A stretch of DNA of 64,000 nucleotides, taken from assembly GCA_964016885.1 (NCBI GenBank), contig OZ024760.1, positions 3,596,001-3,660,000 of the forward strand. The letters run 5' to 3'. Of this stretch, positions 58,001 to 64,000 are shown piece after piece (position 1 is the first letter of the stretch; every line of letters begins with the position of its first letter). The position numbers and the translations under genes are program-made. The notes beneath the pieces were generated by a model. It saw only the letters and a program-made list of their open reading frames with translations. It searched no databases and was not told the DNA's origin. This DNA comes from Eledone cirrhosa (taxonomy: Eukaryota).

Positions 58001-61000
58001 GGTTGAACTCTCGTGTCTATAGAGTTTATCTCAAACTGGTAGTGGCTGCAGGTATCTCTGACAATCCCGTTGGTTGAACTCTCGTGTCTATAGAGTTTAT
58101 CTCAAACTGGTAGTGGCTGCAGGTATCTCTGACAATCCCGGTTGGTTGAACTCTCGTGTCTATAGAGTATATCTCAAACCGGTAGTGGCTGCAGGTATCT
58201 CTGACAATCTCGTTGGTTGAACTCTCGTGTCTATAGAGTTTATCTCAAACCTGTAATGGCTGCAGGTATCTCTGACAATGCCGGTTGGTTGAACTCTCGT
58301 GTCTATAGAGTTTATCTCAAACCTGTAATGGCTGCAGGTATCTCTGACAATCCCATTGGTTGAACTCTCGTGTCTATAGAGTTTATCTCAAACTGGTAGT
58401 GGCTGCAGGTATCTCTGACAATCCCGTTGGTTGAACTCTCGTGTCTATAGAGTTTATCTCAAACTGGTAGTGGCTGCAGGTATCTCTGACAATCCCGTTG
58501 GTTGAACTCTCGTGTCTATAGAGTTTATCTCAAACTGGTAGAGGCTGCAGGTATCTCTGACAATCCCGTTGGTTGAACTCTCGTGTCTATAGAGTATATC
58601 TCAAACCTGTAATGGCTGCAGGTATCTCTGACAATCCCGGTTGGTTGAACTCTCGTGTCTATAGAGTATATCTCAAACTGGTAGTGGCTGCAAGTATCTC
58701 TGACAATCCCGTTGGTTGAACTCTCGTGTCTATAGAGTTTATCTCAAACTGGTAGTGGCTGCAGGTATCTCTGACAATCCCGTTGGTTGAACTCTCGTGT
58801 CTATAGAGTATATCTCAAACTGGTAGTGGCTGCAGGTATCTCTGACAATCCCGTTGGTTGAACTCTCGTGTCTATAGAGTTTATCTCAAACTGGTAGTGG
58901 CTGCAGGTATCTCTGACAATCCCGGTTGGTTGAACTCTCGTGTCTATAGAGTTTATCTCAAACCGGTAGTGGCTGCAGGTATCTCTGACAATCCCGTTGG
59001 TTGAACTCTCGTGTCTATAGAGTTTATCTCAAACCTGTAGTGGCTGCAGGTATCTCTGACAATCCCGTTGGTTGAACTCTCGTGTCTATAGAGTTTATCT
59101 CAAACCTGTAATGGCTGCAGGTATCTCTGACAATCCCATTGGTTGAACTCTCGTGTCTATAGAGTTTATCTCAAACCTGTAATGGCTGCAGGTATCTCTG
59201 ACAATCCCGTTGGTTGAACTCTCGTGTCTATAGAGTTTATCTCAAACCGGTAGTGGCTGCAGGTATCTCTGACAATCCCGTTGGTTGAACTCTCGTGTCT
59301 ATAGAGTTTATCTCAAACCTGTAATGGCTGCAGGTATCTCTGACAATCCCGTTGGTTGAACTCTCGTGTCTATAGAGTTTATCTCAAACCTGTAATGGCT
59401 GCAGATATCTCTGACAATCCCGTTGGTTGAACTCTCGTGTCTATAGAGTATATCTCAAACTGGTAGTGGCTGCAGGTATCTCTGACAATCCCGTTGGTTG
59501 AACTCTCGTGTCTATAGAGTTTATCTCAAACCGGTAGTGGCTGCAGGTATCTCTGACAATCCCGTTGGTTGAACTCTCGTGTCTATAGAGTTTATCTCAA
59601 ACCTGTAATGGCTGCAGGTATCTCTGACAATCCCGTTGGTTGAACTCTCGTGTCTATAGAGTTTATCTCAAACCTGTAATGGCTGCAGGTATCTCTGACA
59701 ATCCCGTTGGTTGAACTCTCGTGTCTATAGAGTTTATCTCAAACCTGTAATGGCTGCAGGTATCTCTGACAATCCCGTTGGTTGAACTCTCGTGTCTATA
59801 GAGTTTATCTCAAACCGGTAGTGGCTGCAGGTATCTCTGACAATCCCGTTGGTTGAACTCTCGTGTCTATAGAGTTTATCTCAAACCGGTAGTGGCTGCA
59901 GGTATCTCTGACAATCCCGTTGGTTGAACTCTCGTGTCTATAGAGTTTATCTCAAACCTGTAATGGCTGCAGGTATCTCTGACAATCCCGTTGGTTGAAC
60001 TCTCGTGTCTATAGAGTTTATCTCAAACCTGTAATGGCTGCAGGTATCTCTGACAATCCCGTTGGTTGAACTCTCGTGTCTATAGAGTATATCTCAAACT
60101 GGTAGTGGCTGCAGGTATCTCTGACAATCCCGTTGGTTGAACTCTCGTGTCTATAGAGTTTATCTCAAACTGGTAGTGGCTGCAGGTATCTCTGACAATC
60201 CCGTTGGTTGAACTCTCGTGTCTATAGAGTTTATCTCAAACTGGTAGTGGCTGCAGGTATCTCTGACAATCCCGTTGGTTGAACTCTCGTGTCTATAGAG
60301 TTTATCTCAAACTGGTAGTGGCTGCAGGTATCTCTGACAATCCCATTGGTTGAACTCTCGTGTCTATAGAGTTTATCTCAAACTGGTAGTGGCTGCAGGT
60401 ATCTCTGACAATCCCGTTGGTTGAACTCTCGTGTCTATAGAGTTTATCTCAAACTGGTAGTGGCTGCAGGTATCTCTGACAATCCCGTTGGTTGAAGTCT
60501 CGTGTCTATAGAGTTTATCTCAAACCGGTAGTGGCTGCAGGTATCTCTGACAATCCCGTTGGTTGAACTCTCGTGTCTATAGAGTGTATCTCAAACTGGT
60601 AGTGGCTGCAGGTATCTCTGACAATCCCGTTGGTTGAACTCTCGTGTCTATAGAGTTTATCTCAAACTGGTAGTGGCTGCAGGTATCTCTGACAATCCCG
60701 TTGGTTGAACTCTCGTGTCTATAGAGTTTATCTCAAACTGGTAGTGGCTGCAGGTATCTCTGACAATCCCGTTGGTTGAACTCTCGTGTCTATAGAGCTT
60801 ATCTCAAACCTGTAATGGCTGCAGGTATCTCTGACAATCTCGTTGGTTGAACTCTCGTGTCTATAGAGTTTATCTCAAACTGGTAGTGGCTGCAGGTATC
60901 TCTGACAATCCCGTTGGTTGAACTCTCGTGTCTATAGAGTTTATCTCAAACTGGTAGTGGCTGCAGGTATCTCTGACAATCCCGTTGGTTGAACTCTCGT

Positions 61001-62393
61001 GTCTATAGAGTTTATCTCAAACTGGTAGTGGCTGCAGGTATCTCTGACAATCCCGTTGGTTGAACTCTCGTGTCTATAGAGTTTATCTCAAACCTGTAAT
61101 GGCTGCAGGTATCTCTGACAATCTCGTTGGTTGAACTCTCGTGTCTATAGAGTTTATCTCAAACCGGTAGTGGCTGCAGGTATCTCTGACAATCCCGGTT
61201 GGTTGAACTCTCGTGTCTATAGAGTTTATCTCAAACCGGTAGTGGCTGCAGGTATCTCTGACAATCCCGTTGGTTGAACTCTCGTGTCTTTAGAGTTTAT
61301 CTCAAACCGGTAGTGGCTGCAGGTATCTCTGACAATCCCGGTTGGTTGAACTCTCGTGTCTATAGAGTTTATCTCAAACCGGTAGTGGCTGCAGGTATCT
61401 CTGACAATCCCGTTGGTTGAACTCTCGTGTCTATAGAGTTTATCTCAAACCGGTAGTGGCTGCAGGTATCTCTGACAATCCCGTTGGTTGAACTCTCGTG
61501 TTTATAGAGTTTATCTCAAACCGGTAGTGGCTGCAAGTATCTCTGACAATCCCGTTGGTTGAACTCTCGTGTCTATAGAGTTTATCTCAAACTGGTAGTG
61601 GCTGCAGGTATCTCTGACAATCCCGTTGGTTGAACTCTCGTGTCTATAGAGTTTATCTCAAACCGGTAGTGGCTGCAACTATCTCTGACAATCCCGTTGG
61701 TTGAACTCTCGTGTCTATAGAGTGTATCTCAAACTGGTAGTGGCTGCAGGTATCTCTGACAATCCCGTTGGTTGAACTCTCGTGTCTATAGAGTGTATCT
61801 CAAACTGGTAGTGGCTGCAGGTATCTCTGACAATCCCGTTGGTTGAACTCTCGTGTCTATAGAGTGTATCTCAAACTGGTAGTGGCTGCAGGTATCTCTG
61901 ACAATCCCGTTGGTTGAACTCTCGTGTCTATAGAGTATATCTCAAACCTGTAATGGCTGCAGGTATCTCTGACAATCCCGGTTGGTTGAACTCTCGTGTC
62001 TATAGAGTATATCTCAAACTGGTAGTGGCTGCAAGTATCTCTGACAATCCCGGTTGGTTGAACTCTCGTGTCTATAGAGTGTATCTCAAACTGGTAGTGG
62101 CTGCAGGTATCTCTGACAATCCCGTTGGTTGAACTCTCGTGTCTATAGAGTATATCTCAAACCTGTAATGGCTGCAGGTATCTCTGACAATCCCGTTGGT
62201 TGAACTCTCGTGTCTATAGAGTATATCTCAAACCTGTAATGGCTGCAGGTATCTCTGACAATCCCGGTTGGTTGAACTCTCGTATCTAGAGTGTTTATCT
62301 CAAACTGTAGTGGCTGCAGGTATCTCTGACAATCCCGTTGGTTGAACTCGCGTGTCTATAGAGTGTATCTCAAACCGGTAATGGTTGCAGGTA
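55052..62393. repeat. Satellite array of about 103 copies of a 71/72-bp monomer gtatctctgacaatccc(g)gttggttgaactctcgtgtctatagagt(t/a/g)tatctcaaac(ct/cg/tg)gta(g/a)tggctgcag, LINE-derived
   Basis: Head-to-tail monomers with few variant sites; 7342 bp divided by about 71. Confidence 0.97.
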
Positions 62394-62620
62394 GCACTGA
62401 TAGCTCAGTGAATTCTGGAAAAAAGCCAAAGTCCCTGGACCAAAGGTTCTTCGGAAAACACCAGCTGATTCTTATCGATACTCAGTGTTTCTCCGAGAAC
62501 GTCATCGCCCCCCCCCTCCTCCCCCACAGCTCCATAGGAAGGCGCTGAGGGATAACATGTTTGACAAACAGTGACCACACCTGTTCAACATTCCAAGTGT
62601 CAGGAGCCCAGTTTGGTCTT
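62394..62620 (-). pseudogene. Decayed Tx1/L1-like LINE ORF2 segment leading into the zinc-knuckle region
   Basis: Minus: EQVWSLFVKHVIP...GDDVLGETLSIDKNQL/FRRTFGPGTLAFFQNSLSYQCYLQPLPV*DTLYRH, continuous with the satellite monomer. Confidence 0.75.
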
Positions 62621-62640
62621 TGTTTTACTCCACATCAAAA

Positions 62641-62788
62641 CGGCAAATTGGTAGAGTCGTTAGAATGTTTTGCAGTATTCGTTCTGGTTCTCTCTGCTCT
62701 GAGTTCCAGCCCTGCCGAGGGCAACTTTGCTTTTCCTCCTTTCAAAGTCGATAAAAAAACTGTACTGGCCCTGTGATGGGGTCGATTC
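62641..62788 (+). mobile_element. SINE family A, diverged
   Basis: ctgagttccagccctgccgagggcaactttgcttttcctcctttcaaagtcgataaa. Confidence 0.7.
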
Positions 62789-62939
62789 TTTTTCTACATT
62801 TCTTTCTCTCTTACTTTCTATCGCTCTCTCCTTCTGTGTTCGGCCCCGAAGAAAGACACGCTATGTGTCACTCTAGCGCCCTCTACAACTCCATCAGGAG
62901 TTAGGGTTAGGGTTGAAAATCTGCTAAAGAGTGGGGCCG

Positions 62940-63320
62940 ATGAAAAACATACTTGACAAACGATGGCGACCACAGCTGTTCACCGCCCAGGAATCTCTGC
63001 AGATGCCGCAACCTCAGTGCATTACTTACACATCAGTCACGACATATAGATGCATTCGTGCAATGGGTATTGACAGCAGAAGGAGTCCCTGACCAGTAGA
63101 ACAACGTATCCTTTCCACAAAAAACAGAAGAGTTTATGGTAATATACGACAGGGGTGATGTACGCTTTCAGCACCTCTGCTCAGCCTGTAATAGTTCTGG
63201 GTAACACAAGCAGCCCCGCTCGTAATCTCATCCCAGTCCACTTGAAGGTTTCAACTGACCAACATGAAATCGCCCCAAGAAACTTCATCAGACCATCGGT
63301 CTGTCGACCCCTAACGCTAA
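62940..63320 (-). pseudogene. Decayed Tx1/L1-like LINE ORF2, region C-terminal to RT
   Basis: Minus, with frameshifts: TDGLMKFLG / NLQVDWDEI / G*AEVLKAYITPVVYY / KLFCFLWKG / LVRDSFCCQYPL / ALRLRHLQRFLGGEQLWSP. Confidence 0.75.
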
Positions 63321-63394
63321 ATTATATAACAAAAGTAATAACTAAAACGGAACAGATGTGTGTGTGTGATGTTGTCATGTGTATCTGTTTAGTA

Positions 63395-63752
63395 GGTGTG
63401 TGGTTGGTAGTTTGTGTGTACGTGGGTATGTATTATCAATAGTTTGTGTGTATATATTTGTGTGTATGTGTCTGGTCGGTAGTGTGTGTGTGTGTATGTG
63501 TCTGGTTGGTAGTTTGTAGGTGTGTCTGTGTGTGTATGTGTATGTGTCTGGTCGTAGTTTGTAGATTTGTGTATGTCGGGGGTATATGTGTGTGTATGTG
63601 TGTATGTGAGTCTGGTCGGTAGTTTGTAGGTGTGTGTGTATGTGAGTCTGGTCGGTAGTTTGTAGGTGTGTGTGTATGTGAGTCTGGTCGGTAGTTTGTA
63701 GGTGTGTGTGTATGTGAGTCTGGTCGGTAGTTTGTAGGTATGTGTGTATGTG
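63395..63752. repeat. 36-bp minisatellite gtgtgtgtgtatgtgagtctggtcggtagtttgtag
   Basis: About 4 clean units plus degenerate units. Confidence 0.85.
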
Positions 63753-64000
63753 TGAAAAAGCCGTGTCAATTGGTTGAAACGTTAGAGTGTAAAATAGAAT
63801 GCGTAGTTGTATTATATTCGGTTCTGTGTATATCCCAGCTAGGTGAACATTGCATCCCATTCTTTCGGGGTCGATAAATAAAGTACCATCCCAACATTGA
63901 GGCTGGTTCGAAGGTCCAATCCTTATACAGTGTCATCATGATTCCGTTTGAGAATTATGTAATGTGTATATATGACTGTGGAATATTCAGCCACTTGTAA

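Noticed and set aside
55052-62393. CRISPR-like array, or repeat-protein ORFs (55287-56225 +, 55239-55784 -)
   Set aside because: No unique spacers and no cas genes in a eukaryotic context; the ORFs exist only where 72-bp units run and break at 71-bp units
62900-62914. Telomeric TTAGGG repeat
   Set aside because: Only about 2 units

Overview
Eukaryotic, AT-rich, microsatellite-saturated DNA. The repeat families resemble a cephalopod (Octopus-like) genome, which is an inference from the tRNA-SINE families and (TA/CA/GA/ACT)n density. No host protein-coding gene can be supported: almost all ORFs in the track are low-complexity read-throughs of simple repeats. Recognisable content: many tRNA-derived SINEs (one with a 16-bp TSD); decayed non-LTR retrotransposon fragments (CRE/RLE-like, Tx1/L1-like, RTE-like, GIY-YIG/Penelope-like); several MITEs, including nested TTAA elements; and many mini/microsatellites. 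Two signals stand out. (1) A dispersed set of type I hammerhead ribozyme motifs (CUGAUGA...GAAA, palindromic mini stem III, AUA cleavage site, covarying stem II) lies in short repeat families docked on (TA)n tracts, often with copy-specific foldback palindromes, consistent with Penelope-like/retrozyme-type elements. (2) A 7.3-kb, roughly 103-copy 71/72-bp satellite whose monomer is the zinc-knuckle coding segment of the dead Tx1/L1-like LINE that flanks it in register on both sides, i.e. a satellite captured at its birthplace. Coordinates of diverged repeats are approximate.
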